Assembly (NCBI RefSeq): GCF_006345805.1 | Contig: NC_043022.1 | Location: 20,832,001 to 20,896,000 of the forward strand | Origin: Octopus sinensis | Taxonomy: Eukaryota | DNA: 64,000 nucleotides | Direction: 5' to 3' | Shown: in pieces, positions 36,829 to 49,721 of the stretch | How positions within the stretch are numbered: position 1 is the first letter of the stretch | Layout: each line of letters begins with the position of its first letter | The notes under the pieces: model-generated | What the model saw: the letters and a program-made list of their open reading frames with translations, nothing else | What the model was told of the DNA's origin: nothing | Databases searched by the model: none | Made by a program: the position numbers and the translations under genes

Positions 36829-39784
36829 TGATTTCTAGAGGGCTGCAACTAGCTGGAGTACTAGACTATACTTGTGTCGCATAACTGGCATGTAAAAATG
36901 TTGGGCAATATGCTATGCTTGAGAAGACCTATCAAGCCAAGTGAAATCCTAGTTGTGGTCAATGCTAGTGCCATCTGACTGGCACATAAAGGGCACCATT
37001 TGAATGTTGGAGCTCACAAAGACAGTGACATGTGACTGAGACCTTTGGTGATACACCATACTTGTGTGGACCCGTCAAGCTAAGTGAGAGCATGGTCATG
37101 GCCGATGCCGGTGTCACATCAATGGCACTTGTGCCAGTGGCACGGGAAAAGCACTCACTGCACACTTGGAGTGATTGGCATTAGGAAGGGCATCTAGCCT
37201 TAGACACCTTGTCAAATCAGATTGAAACCTGGTGCAGCTCCCCAGCTTACCAGTTTTCAGTCAAACTGTCCAACCCATGCCAGCATAGCAGATATTAAAT
37301 GATGAAGGTGATGATGATGATGATTCTCTGTATGTATTACATAGAAGTATGTGGCTAAGTGGTTACGATGTGGCATTCATCATCATCATCATCATCGTTT
37401 AACGTACGCTTTCCATGCTAGTATGGGTTGGACGGTTCAACTGGGGTCTGGGAAGCCCGAAGGCTGCACCTGGCCCAGTCTGATCTGGCAGTGTTTCTAC
37501 AGCTGGATGCCCTTCCTAATGCCAACCACTCCATGAGTGCAATGGGTGCTTTTTATGTGCCACCGACACAGGTGCCAGACGAGGCTGGCAAACGGCCACG
37601 CTCGGATGGTGCTTTTTACGTGCCACCGGCACGGAGGCCAGGCGGGGCTGGCAACGGCCACGATCGGATGGTGTTTGATTGTAAGATTGTGGTTTCGATT
37701 TCTGAACTGAGCAAAATTATACTAGTTTTAAATATTGAATTGCTATGGGGGCCCACCAGAATGAAATAGTAATCAAAAAAAATGTTGAGAACCTGAAGGA
37801 ATTTTCCTTTAGATGTATGTATTGCAAGAAACGGCTAGGTTTCTTTACTCTTTTACTTGTTTCAGTCATTTGACTGTGGCCATGCTGGAGCACCGCCTTT
37901 AGTCGAGCAAATCGACCCCGGGACTTATTCTTTGTAAGCCCAGTACTTATTCTATCGGTCTCTTTTGCCGAACCGCTAAGTGACGGGGACGCAAACACAC
38001 CAGCACTGGTTGTCAAGCAATGCTACGGGAACAAACACAGACACACAAACACACACACACACACTCATACATATATATATACATATATACAACAGGCTTC
38101 TTTCAGTTTCCGTCTACCAAATCCACTCACAAGGCATTGGTCGGCCCGGGGCTATAGCAGAAGACATTTGCCCAAGATTCCACGCAGTGGGACTGAACCC
38201 GGAACCATGTGGTTGGTTAGCAAGCTACTTACCACACAGCCACTCCTGCACCTATAACTTTCTTTAACATTTTGCATAGTTCAACCTACACATGTTAACC
38301 CCTTGGTGCTGCTATTACCTGAAGCATGCGAGAAACTGCTCTGGGTTTTTTTTTATCTAATGAGGCCACACAAACACACAAGTGCCAACAAGCTTGCGTC
38401 TATTTACGTTCACCATTGCAATAACATAGTGTCGTGCATTTACGTCTACCGGTTTGTGAAAACGAACTATGTGAAGCTCTCTTTACCCTTACTCTTTTAC
38501 TTGTTTCAGTCATTTGACTGCGGCCATGCTGGAGCACCGCCTTTAGTCGAGCAACTCGGCCCCGGGACTTATTCTTTGTAAGCCCAGTACTTATTCTATC
38601 GGTCTCTTTTGCCAAACCGTTAAGTGACGGTGACGTAAATACACCAGCATCGGTTGTCAAGCAATGCTAGGGGGACAAACATGCACACACACATATATAT
38701 ATATATACATATATACGACGGGCTTCTTTCAGTTTCCGTCTACCAAATCCACTCACAAGGCATTGGTCGGCCTGGGGCTATAGCAGAAGACACTTGCCCA
38801 AGATGCCATGCAGTGGGACTGAACCCGGAACCATGTGGTTGGTAAGCAAGCTACTTACCACACAGCCACTCCTGCACCTCTATTTATCATAATATGATAT
38901 GCCCGAGTTATTCTGCTCAAATTCAAAAAATAGCTTTGCGTGTGGTATAGCTCAAAACACGGTATTATGCATGTAAAGTATCTGCATGCCATTGGTCTAC
39001 TGCTAGTCTCATGACTTGAACATAACCTAAAATAGCTAAGATAATGCACGGGACGGCGAGCGCGCGCACCTAAAGAGATAAAGTACACTATAGCGAATGT
39101 AAACATGCATCAGCAGCTAAAAATGTCCGTGATAGATGTAGGGCTGCTCTACATCATATATTTGCGTTAACTGCGGGTAGGCAAGCAAAAGAGGGATCGC
39201 ATATTTGTGACAACCGTTGGCTGTGTGGTAAGTAAGTAGCTTGCTAACCAACCACATGGTTCCGGGTTCAGTCCCACTGCGTGGCATCTTGGGCAAGTGT
39301 CTTCTGCTATAGCCCCGGGCCGACCAATGCCTTGTGAGTGGATTTGGTAGACAGAAACTGAAAAGAAATCTGTCGTATATATGTATATATATATATGTGT
39401 GTTTGTGTGTCTGTGGTTGTCCCCTTAGCATTGCTTGACAACCGATGCTGGTGTGTTTACGTCCCCGTCACTTAGCGGTTCGGCAAAAGAGACCGATAGA
39501 GTAAGTACTGGGCTTACAAAGAATAAGTCCCGGGGTCGATTTGCTCGACTAAAGGCGGTGCTCCAGCATGGCCGCAGTCAAATGGCTGAAACAAGTAAAA
39601 GAGTAAAAAGAGAGTAAGGGTTTGATGGGTGTAAAACAAAATAGGAAATTTGAAAGAATTTTCTATAAAATTAAGTTTTTAAGCATCAAATGGCTATGGG
39701 AGCCCACCAGAATGGAATAGTAAGCGAAGGGGGTCCTTAGATAAAAAGTGTTTGAGAACTATTGCTCTAGATGTTTACTGCTGA

Positions 39785-39950
39785 TAATAATAATATAATA
39801 ATAATAATTGTGTACAGTGCTCAGGTGCACTACAACTCATCTAAAGTGTATATATAATCAGGTGTAGTTTCGGCGGATTTCGGAAAGCATGAAGGCCTTA
39901 AAGGATGCAGTGTCATGGCAGTCAACAACTGACGCAGGCAGTTTATTCGT
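39785..39950 (-). mobile_element. CR1-like LINE 3' fragment just upstream of DDI exon 4
   Basis: Minus strand NKLPASVVDCHDTASFKAFMLSEIRRNYT* with (TTA)n tail; homologous to 52245-52535. Confidence 0.7.
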
Positions 39951-40001
39951 CTGACTCTGTCTAATTTCAATTTAAAATAATTTCGTATTTTACTTTTCTA
40001 G

Positions 40002-40129
40002 ATTGAAAAATGTAGAAACTAACATGGAGACAGCAATGGAGTTTGCCCCTGAGAGTTTCGGTCAAGTCCACATGTTATACATTGATTGCAATGTTAACGG
40101 TCATCCTGTGAAAGCCTTCGTTGATTCAG
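40002..40129 (+). CDS. DDI2: DDI exon 4: RVP domain with catalytic DSG
   Basis: ttctag| [43 protein letters not shown] |gtaaca. Confidence 0.95.
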
Positions 40130-40228
40130 GTAACAGTCAAGTCTTGCCTTCTTTAACCCCCTTTTGATGCTATATTTCTGCCGAGATTTAATGTTATTTA
40201 ATGTGAAACTGTATCCATTCGCTGACAG

Positions 40229-40357
40229 GTGCTCAAATGACTATCATGAGTCAGTCGTGTGCAGAACGCTGCAACATCATGAGACTCGTAGACAATCGAT
40301 GGGCAGGGATTGCGAAAGGTGTTGGTACACAGAAAATTATTGGAAGAGTACATTTAG
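40229..40357 (+). CDS. DDI2: DDI exon 5: RVP domain (flap region)
   Basis: After a 99-bp intron: [42 protein letters not shown] |gtgagt. Confidence 0.95.
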
Positions 40358-41530
40358 GTGAGTACAAGAGTATGTTTCAGATGACATGGCTGTTAAATGT
40401 TGGATTTATCAATTACTTTTTTACATCTACTAGAAGCAATCATCATCATCATCATCATCATCATTGTTTAACGTCCGTTTTTCCATGCTGGCATGGGTTG
40501 GACATTTTGACTGAGTTCTGGAGAGCCAGCAGCTCCACCAGGTTCCAATCTGATCTGGCAATGTTTCTACAGCTGGATGCCCTTCCTAATGCCAACCACT
40601 CCAAGAGTGTAGTCGGTGCTTTTTACGTGCCAGTCAGGTGGCCCTGGCATTGATCATGTTCGGATAGTGCTTTTTACGTTCCACTGACACAGGAACCAGT
40701 CGGGCAGCCCTGGCATCGACCATATGTGGAAAGTGCATTTTATGTGCCACCAATACAGGAGCCAGTCAGGCTGACCTGGCATCGACCATGTTTGGATGAT
40801 GCTTTTTACGTGCCACCAGCAAGGGAGCCAGTCAGGGGACCCTGGCATTAGTCACATTCGGATAGTGCTTTTTATGTGCCAATGGCACAGGAGCCACTCA
40901 GCAGGCACTGGCTTCAGCCACGTTCGGATGGTGCTTTTTACGTGCCACAGTGCCTCCTTTTCAGAGTATGCATTGGTTGTTCAGTTTGTTAATTATTATA
41001 AACAAGGCAGCGAGCTGGCAGAATCTTTAGCACGCTAGGCGAAATGCTTAGCGGTATTTTGTCTGTCTTTATGTTCTGAGTTCAAATTCCGCCGAGGCCA
41101 ATTTAGCCTTTCATACTTTTGGGGTCGATAAATTAAGTACCACTTGTATACTTGGGATGATCTAATCGACCGGCATCCTCCCACAAAATTTTGGGCCTTG
41201 TGCCTAGAGTAGAAAGAATGATAATAATAGTGGTTACAAATTTTGCCAGAAGTGCAGCAGTTTTGGGGAGGGGGATGAGTCGATTACATTGACCCCAGTG
41301 CATAACTGGTACTTATTTCACCGACCCCAAAAGGTTGAAAGGCAAGGTCCACCTCAGTGGAATTTGAACTCAAGGTAACGATGGGCAAAATGCTGCTAAG
41401 CATATCACCCAGCGTGTTAACAATTCTGCCAGTTCACTGCTTTATATAATAATAATAATGATGATGATGATGTTAATCATGAGAATGTTCACCGTGTCTT
41501 GACTTTTGATAATTTCTCTTTGTGTTGCAG

Positions 41531-41634
41531 GTCAAATTCAAATTGGTCCAGATTTCCTTCAGTCTTCATTCTCAATATTGGAAGACCAGCCCGTGGATAT
41601 GTTGTTAGGGCTGGACATGCTTCGACGGCATCAG
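41531..41634 (+). CDS. DDI2: DDI exon 6: RVP domain
   Basis: ttgcag| [34 protein letters not shown] |gtgtgt. Confidence 0.95.
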
Positions 41635-41677
41635 GTGTGTATATATGTATATATACTACTATGTTGTGGTGTGAGTA

Positions 41678-41709
<32 letters not shown>

Positions 41710-42586
41710 CACACTTATATATATATATATATATCATCATCATCATCATCGTTTAACGTCCGTTTTGTATGCTAGCATGGGTTGGACGGTTCAACTGGGG
41801 TCTGGGAAGCCCGAAGGCTGCACCAGGGCCAGTCAGATCTGGCAGTGTTTCTACAGCTGGATGCCCTTCCTAATGCCAACCACTCCATGAGTGTAGTGGG
41901 TGCTTTTTATGTGCCACCGACACAGGTGCCAGACGAGGCTGGTGAACGGCCACGCTCAGAAATTCTTTCCAATATTCAGAATAGTTGATAGCTTCCATTA
42001 AGTGATCTAATCAGCAGTGGAGGAGAGTACTCAAAGGAGGTGACAAAAGAATCCCAGAAGTAGTGAGACACTGTATTGGAAAACACCCATATAACCTATG
42101 CAAGCACAAAAAAGCATATATATATATACACATATAAGAGAACAAGGTGTACGTACGCCGCAATAATAAATGTATAAAAAATATATATAAAAATACAAAA
42201 TGGGACAAGAACGCAAAACATTCAAATAGACGATACAAAAACAACAGACGGGTCATTCGAAGCCTCTAATCTTCAGTCAAAAACCGGATCATCCTCGCAA
42301 TTTCGGCTGATTAATCTTGAGATTGCTCTGATCTGGCCAGTCCCAAGGAAAAACTAAGCTACGAGCATTAGATTTCTTGGGAAAAGGATTGAATGTATAC
42401 GAAACAAGGACAGAAAAACGGACAATGTTACACGAATATAAATACAAAAAACAAAAAGTAATACGAATATAAATACAAAAAACAACAATGATAATAATAA
42501 CAGGACAAAAACAACAGGTGTCTGTCTGAAGTTGAAAGACGTCTATTTGAATGTCTTGCGTTCTTGTCCCATTTTGTATTGTTATA

Positions 42587-42717
42587 CAGGGTGTCCCAAA
42601 AAAATGTATACACATAGTGGTTCGGCAAAAGAGAACGATAGAATAAGTACTAGGCTTACAAAGAATAACAAATTTACAATTATTTAAGGTGTGTATACAT
42701 TTTATTGGGACACCCTG
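42587..42717. mobile_element. Tc1/mariner-type MITE
   Basis: TA|CAGGGTGTCCCAA.AAAATGTATACAC...GTGTATACATTTT.TTGGGACACCCTG|TA. Confidence 0.8.
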
Positions 42718-42740
42718 TATATATATTTTTATACATATAT

Positions 42741-42774
<34 letters not shown>

Positions 42775-43752
42775 CGTAAAATAATGTTTAAAACCACAAC
42801 TATTACATAAAGTTTTGCTTTGAGCTTTTGCGTAAACTGGCATTGAAAGCAGAGTTGGTACTGAAACAAATGTAACTTGTTATTAAAGATGTGCTAAAGT
42901 TTTTCCTTCGCATTGGGGTCGATGTAATCAACTTAATCCCTTTCTCTGTCCTTGTTTAGCCCCTTGTGGGCAATAAAAAAATAAAGAAAACAGACGTTAA
43001 ATGCTGCTGCTGATGATGTGGATATCCATACAAAAATCCTTGTAATGGTTCAGATTTCTCCAAGCACTAGTCGGGAGCAATATAATCACCTCAATTGAGA
43101 TTCCCCTGCCTAGGAGACACGAGCACTTTCACATGTACATACACACATGACAGACTTTCAATTTCCACCCACCGAATTCATCAAGGTTTTGGTAAGCCCG
43201 AGGCTATAGAAGACCCTTGCCCAAGGTGCCGTGCAATAGGACTGCACCCATAGCCATGTGGGTAGAAAACAAATTTCTTACTCAAATAACCTGGGCTGTG
43301 TGGTAAGTAGCTTGCTAACCAACCACATGGTTCCGGGTTCAGTCCCACTGCGTGGCATCTTGGGCAAGTGTCTTCTGCTATAGACCCGGGCCGACCAATG
43401 CCTTGTGAGTGGATTTGGTAGACGGAAACTGAAAGAAGCCTGTCGTATATATGTATATATATATGTGTGAGTGTGTGTATATGTTTGTGTGTCTGTGTTT
43501 GTCCCCCTAGCATTGCTTGACAACCGATACTGGTGTGTTTACGTCCCCATCACTTAGCAGTTCGGCAAAAGAGACCGATAGAATAAGTACTGGGCTTACA
43601 AAGAATAAGTCCCGGGATCGATTTGCTTGACTAAAGGCGGTGCTCCAGCATGGCCGCAGTCAAATGACTGAAACAAGTAAAAGAGTATTATTTTCTTTAT
43701 TTTTGTATTTTTTTTTCATTTATTTATTTATTTATTTTGGTTCCCTTTTCAG

Positions 43753-43939
43753 TGTTCAATAGATTTAAAACGAAATGTGTTAGTGATCGGTACAACAGGT
43801 ACAGAAACCCCGTTCCTCAGTGAATCTGAGCTTCCTGAACATGCGCGGTTAAACCTGTTACAGAGACCTTCATCAAGTATAGAAACTGAGGACCAACAAC
43901 TAGCTGAAGCTCTGGCACGATCTGCTGAAGAGGCCTCAG
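43753..43939 (+). CDS. DDI2: DDI exon 7: RVP end and UIM-like helix
   Basis: tttcag| [28 protein letters not shown]...[17 protein letters not shown] |gtaagc. Confidence 0.94.
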
Positions 43940-44036
43940 GTAAGCTTACCTCTCCTCATTGTAATAACGTGTTATAGCAACATTATGATGTTAATGCTGT
44001 ACTTCCTGTAACTTGAAGGCTTGGCTATGTCATTGA

Positions 44037-44415
44037 CCCTTTCATTACTGTATTTGTTTTGAGATGTTCTGAGCTTCTTTCAATTACTTTAAATATAACA
44101 AAGAATTTAGTAAAATAATTTGATTATCATTCAGTTAGTGTTAGGAATGTAAATTGTGACTAAGGTTTGGTGGGAGATTTTAATTCAAAACTTATAGAAA
44201 CGAGACATTTGTTACCATATTTCTGTTGAGATGCTCTGTGTTTCTTTCAATTAATTTTAAATATAACAAAGAATTTAGTAAAATAACTTTATCATTAAGC
44301 TAGTGTTAGGAACATAAATTGTGACTAACGTTTGGTGGAAGATTTTAATTCAAAACTTATGAAAACAAGATATTTGTACTCAGAGCCGGTTTCAGCCGGG
44401 TTGGTAATGAAAGGG
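44037..44415. mobile_element. piggyBac-like MITE with internal ~170-bp duplication
   Basis: TTgA|CCCTTTCATTAC...GTAATGAAAGGG|TTAA; 44050-44212 repeated at 44218-44378. Confidence 0.65.
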
Positions 44416-45280
44416 TTAAGAGGTTTGCTTCCCAGTGGCAATGTATTGGGTTCAATCCCACTGTATGGCATCTTAAGGGAGTGTCTTCTACTAAGAGCTC
44501 CAGGCCAACCAAAATCTTTGTGAGTGGCTTTGGTAGACAGAAACTGAAAGAAGCTTCTGTGTGTGTGTGGTGGGAGCATATCCAGTGACATATAAAAAGC
44601 TATCGTGCCACTGCCATATTAAGAAGCACCCAGCACACACTATAAAGTGATTGGCATTAGGTGGGGCCCCCCAACCATAGAAACCAAGTCAGAACAGATT
44701 GGAACCTGATGCAGCTCCAGCTGGCCAGCAATGGTCAAACCAGCCAACCCATGCCAGCATGGGAAACAGACATTAAAGGATGTCTGACACTCATGCCATG
44801 CGAGCTGGCAAAAACGTTAGCCGGGTGAAATGCGTAGCCATATTTCATCTGCCGTTACGTCCTGAGTTCAAATTCCGCCTAGGTCAACTTTGCCTTTCAT
44901 CCTTTCAGGGTCGATAAATTAAGTACCAGTTGCGCACTGGGGTCGATATAATCGACTTAACCCGTTTGTCTGTACTTGTTTGTCCTGTCTGTGTTTAGTC
45001 CGTTGTGTGTAGTAAAGAAATAGGTATACACAAAAAAGCACCCATCACACTCTGTTAAGTGGTTGGCATTAGGAAGGGCATCCAGCTTTTGAAACCAAAC
45101 CATTTTAATATGACACCACATAAGCATTCTTATGTGGCACCGGCACAAGTGCTTTTTGCATGGGCTTGGTACAAAACTCTTGCAGGCTAATCTTCCTTAC
45201 CAGGGGGAACGGCCTTAACACTTCTACTGGTGTAGGAGGGGGTCTTCATGAGTACAGCAAGGCACCAGGTATCTCAGTCC

Positions 45281-45313
<33 letters not shown>

Positions 45314-46695
45314 ATGTATATATATATTTATATATATATGCATGCACAATTAGAGGTTATGTTAGCCTCATGAAGGGATGGTGTCATCTAAGGAAATACT
45401 TGTTCAATACCTAATATTTTTAGAGAAGTAATTTCATTAAAATAATATATATATATATAATATATATATATATATAAAACCATATAGTTTATATTCGTAT
45501 AAAAGAAGAAAATGAAAATGGAGATTGGGTGGTTAATAATAAACAATTATTAACTACCTAATCTTCATTTTCTTTTTCTTCTTTTAGGGCATCCAGCTGT
45601 AGAAACTCTGCCAGATCAGATTGGAGCCTGGTGCAGCCATATGGTTCACCAGTCCTCAATGAAATCATCCAACCCATGCTAGCATGGAAAGCGGACTTTA
45701 AACGATGATGATAGTATATATATATATACAGGAGTGGCTGTGTGGTAAGTAGCTTGCTAACCAACCACATGGTTCCGGGTTCAGTCCCACTGTGTGGCAT
45801 CTTGGGCAAGTGTCTTCTGCTATAGCCCCGGGCCGACCAATGCCTTGTGAGTGGATTTGGTAGACGGAAACTGAAAGAAGCCTGTCATATATATGTATAT
45901 ATATATATGTGTGTGTGTGTCTGTGTTTGTCCCCCTAGCATTGCTTGACAACCGATTCTGGTGTGTTTATGTCCCCGTCACTTAGTGGTTCGGCAAAAGA
46001 AGACCGATAGAATAAGTACTGGGCTTACAAAGAATAAGTCCCGGGGTCGATTTGCTCGACTACAGGCGGTGCTCCAGCATGGCCGCAGTCAAATGACTGA
46101 AACAATTAAAAGAGTAAATATATATATACATACATACACGTATCCACACATACATGCATATATACATCTCTCAGTTTCTATCTACCAGATACACATGCAA
46201 GGCTTTGATCCAGCATGATAGTAAAAACACTCTTGCCCAAGGTATCACACAGTAGGACTGAACCTGAGGCCATATAGTTGGAAAGGAAATTTCCTAACCA
46301 CACAGCCACATCGTAACGCTTAATATAGTGTGACTGAGAAGAAAGAAGCGTGTAGAGGAGGGTGAGTCTAGGTTGACTGAAACAAATCTAAATTCTTTTG
46401 TTTAATCATTTCTCATTTAAACTGGCGAAATCCAACCCTATGTTTTGCATTCAATCTGGCCATATCTAGCCTCTCGTACCTTGCCTACACTGACATTCTA
46501 AAAATAAACAATCACATCTTCAAAACCTGAAAGCTATAAAATAATGCATGATTAATTCAAAACAGTTTGAATAAGAAAGTGTTGTATTTAACAGAGTAAT
46601 CTGAATTGTAAAGGGTTAGAAAATGTTTAATATTTTGACGGGGGTTCTCTCTTTTTTTTTTTTGTCTTCTGAGATTCTGTTTATTTTAATTTCAG

Positions 46696-46955
46696 CAAAA
46701 CACGTGATGGTTTCTAGTCGTAAGCCAGCCTCCACATCCACTGCTATCTCAGGCTCCAAACCGACGGCCACAGTTTCATCTCCTCCTCACATTCCCCCAA
46801 CCTCTCCACCACAAACATTCTCAGAGGAAGCCATGCTGCGACTCATGTCCTACGGATTCGAAAGACAACAGGTTCTAGATGAACTGCATCGATCAAATGG
46901 AGATGTCGACCAGGCCTTGGCAGCGCTGTTGGCTAAATCTTTACAAATGCCTTGA
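46696..46955 (+). CDS. DDI2: DDI exon 8: S/T/P linker and C-terminal UBA domain, stop
   Basis: tttcag| ...FSEEAMLRLMSYGFERQQVLDELHRSNGDVDQALAALL...TGA; UBA signature (GF loop, terminal LL). Confidence 0.88.
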
Positions 46956-47829
46956 GCTGGGGGGATGCGGGTCGTAATTTTGATGGGTGACATTTTGTGA
47001 ACAGTCATATCGTAACTTTTAACAGGTGGCCATTGTCCTTTTCTTTTTTTTTTTCCGAATCACAGCCATAAACATATAAACACGTCTTCATTAATCTAAT
47101 CTCATTGAATTTCAAATGTAAACAACTGAAGAGATTAAATATTCTACTGTAATTCAGTTGTAGACATTTTATTTTGCCTTCCAATTAAGAATTGTTATCA
47201 ACAGAACTGATGAAACTAGCTAACATTGAAACAACTGCCTGCATCTGGCTTGATGGCAACAGTTGTTTCATAGTTTGATGACAAATGCTGTCATTTCGTC
47301 AGCTTTTTTTTTCTATTATGTCACATTAACTTACAATTGTATATTTTCCTGTTGTTGTATCATTTTAAACTCCTCATCTGTTGCTGTTTCCACTCAACCT
47401 ACCAATATCTGTTCTTTAATTTTGCTCTCATATCTTTTATTAAGAGTTGTTACTGTCCAAAACTTGGCTTTCACATGTGTTGTTTGTCCTGACATAAAAT
47501 TTACAATTTATGTATATCTACATTTACATCAAAGTATTTTGTTGAAGAAAGCTTTTTTTGTATTTAGATTATTTCTGACATTATTTGTGTTTCAACATTT
47601 GTCTTGATGTACATACAGCAGTGAGTGGCATTATTAATTCCCAAACACTCTCCTCCTCATTGGCACTCTATGATATATCAATACAGTGTTTGAACAGAAG
47701 CAGTAATAATATTCTTCATTCATTTATTTATTGCATTCTTAGTCCCCCTCTGCTTTTCTTTGCTCCTAGGGCATAACAGCACTTGTGTCCTTTCAGTCAT
47801 GTTCACTCATTGTCTGTACTAAAAACCAT

Positions 47830-48262
47830 TACTATTTCTACTCCAATATTATTATTTCTACTCAAACACTATCACTATTTCTACACAAACATTATTGCCA
47901 CTTCTACTCCAACATTATCACTATTTCTACTCAAATATTATTGCCACTTCTACTCCAACATTATCATTATTTCTACACAAACATTATTGCCACTTCTACT
48001 CCAACATTATCATTATTTCTACTCAAATATTATTGCTACTTCTACTCCAACATTATCATTATTTCTACTCAAATATTATTGCTACTTCTACTACAACATT
48101 ATCATTATTTCTACACAAACATTATTGCCACTTCTACTCCAACATTATCATTATTTCTACTCAAATATTATTGCTACTTCTACTACAACATTATCATTAT
48201 TTCTACTCAAATATTATTGCCACTTCTACTCCAACATTATCGCTGTTTCTATCCAAACATTA
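47830..48262. repeat. 46-bp minisatellite (two 23-bp subunits), ~9 copies
   Basis: TTGC(C/T)A recurs at 47895, 47941, 47987, 48033. Confidence 0.9.
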
Positions 48263-48617
48263 TCACTTGTCGTTATTCAGTCAGGCACACCAGGATCGAC
48301 TTTGCCTTCCATCCTTTTGAGGTCGATAAATTAAGTACCAGTTACGCACTGGAGTCGATGTAATCGACCGGTCCACTCCCCTAAAATTTCAGGCCTTGTG
48401 CCTATGGTAGAAAGTATTATTCACTCGGGCAAATTGCCCAGACCAGTGCAACTCTTCCACACCAGATGTCCCGAATGACTGGTTTGGGTTTCAATCTCAT
48501 TGACTAGCTGAAATATCCCATCTGTACATGCCATGACTATAGATGATAGCACTAGTGTGCTAACTGAACTGGTTGATCCTGGCCATGGACAGTTTGTTGT
48601 CTGTTTATCCACTCAAC

Positions 48618-49272
48618 ATCATTATCATCATCGTTTAACGTCCGCTTTCCAAGCTAGCATGGGTTGGACGGTTTGACTCAGGGCTGGCGAACCAGATGGC
48701 TGCACCAGGCTCCAATATTGATCTGGCAGAGTTTCTACAACTGGATGCCCTTCCTAATGCCAACCACTCCGAGAGTGTAGTGGGTGCTTTCATGTACCAC
48801 TGGAACGAGGGCCAGTCAGGCGGTACTGACAACGGCCACGCTCAAATGGTGTTTTTTACGTGCCACCTGGACAGGAGCCAGTCCAGCGGCACTGGCAATG
48901 ACCTAGCTCAAATGTTTTTTCACATGCCACCGGCACAGGTACCAGTTAGGTGATGCTGGTAACGATCACGCTCAAATGGTGCTTTTTACATGCCACCAGC
49001 ACGAAAGTCAGTTATCCACTCGAGCAACGATCTGCTTGGATGGTGCTCTTAGCACTCCACTAGCATGGATGCCAGTCATTGAATTTGATTTCAATTTCAC
49101 TTGCCTCAACAGGTCTTCGCAAGCAGAGTTTAGTGTCCAATGAAGGAAAGGTACGCATAAGTGGACTGGTTACACCCCTGGCATAGGTCACGAGGTTATG
49201 GTCTCATTTGGCTTGCCGGGTCTTCTCAAGCACAGCATATTTCCAGAAGTCTCGGTCACTACTCATTGCCTC
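48618..49272 (-). mobile_element. 5'-truncated RTE-like LINE 3' end
   Basis: Same organisation as 2385-3030. Confidence 0.7.
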
Positions 49273-49660
49273 GTTCATTTACTGAAATAGTTCGCATCCC
49301 ATGATTTCAACATACCCTGGCGCAAGTGGTTACATGTTATTTAACCCCTAGCTGGGACCCTGGCAGGTACTGTCACTCAAGGTTTAGAGTATTGACACTC
49401 TGTTAGTTATAATGAGGAGGGTTCCAATTGATCCAATAAGCAGAGCGGCCTCTTTTACTCTTTTACTTGTTTCAGTCATTTGACTGCAGCTATGCTGGAG
49501 CACCACCTCTAATCGAGCAACCCGACCCCAGGACTTATTCTTTGTAAGCCCAGTACTTATTCTATCGGTCTCTTTTGCCGAACCGCTAAGTTACGGGAAC
49601 ATAAACATGCCAGCATCAGTTGTCAAGCAATGCTAGGGGGACAAACACAGACACACAAAC

Positions 49661-49721
<61 letters not shown>

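Larger units (their letters stand above)
21503..46955 (+). other. DDI2: Gene span: DDI1/DDI2-family ubiquitin-directed aspartyl protease, 8 coding exons, 1467 nt CDS, 488 aa
   Basis: Eight GT-AG exons join in frame (phases 1,1,2,1,1,0,1) into UBL + helical domain + RVP ([13 protein letters not shown]...LLGLDML) + UIM + UBA. Single invertebrate gene, probably co-orthologous to vertebrate DDI1/DDI2. Confidence 0.95.

Noticed and set aside
40615-40950. CRISPR-like regularly spaced repeats
   Set aside because: Spacers are homologous to each other; eukaryotic LINE-UTR minisatellite, no cas genes.
40002-41634. Retroviral/LTR-element protease
   Set aside because: Intron-split and fused in frame to UBL and UBA: it is the host DDI RVP domain.
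47200-47245. CTGATGA...GAAAC in the DDI 3' UTR region
   Set aside because: No UH cleavage triplet in register and no stem I; probably chance.
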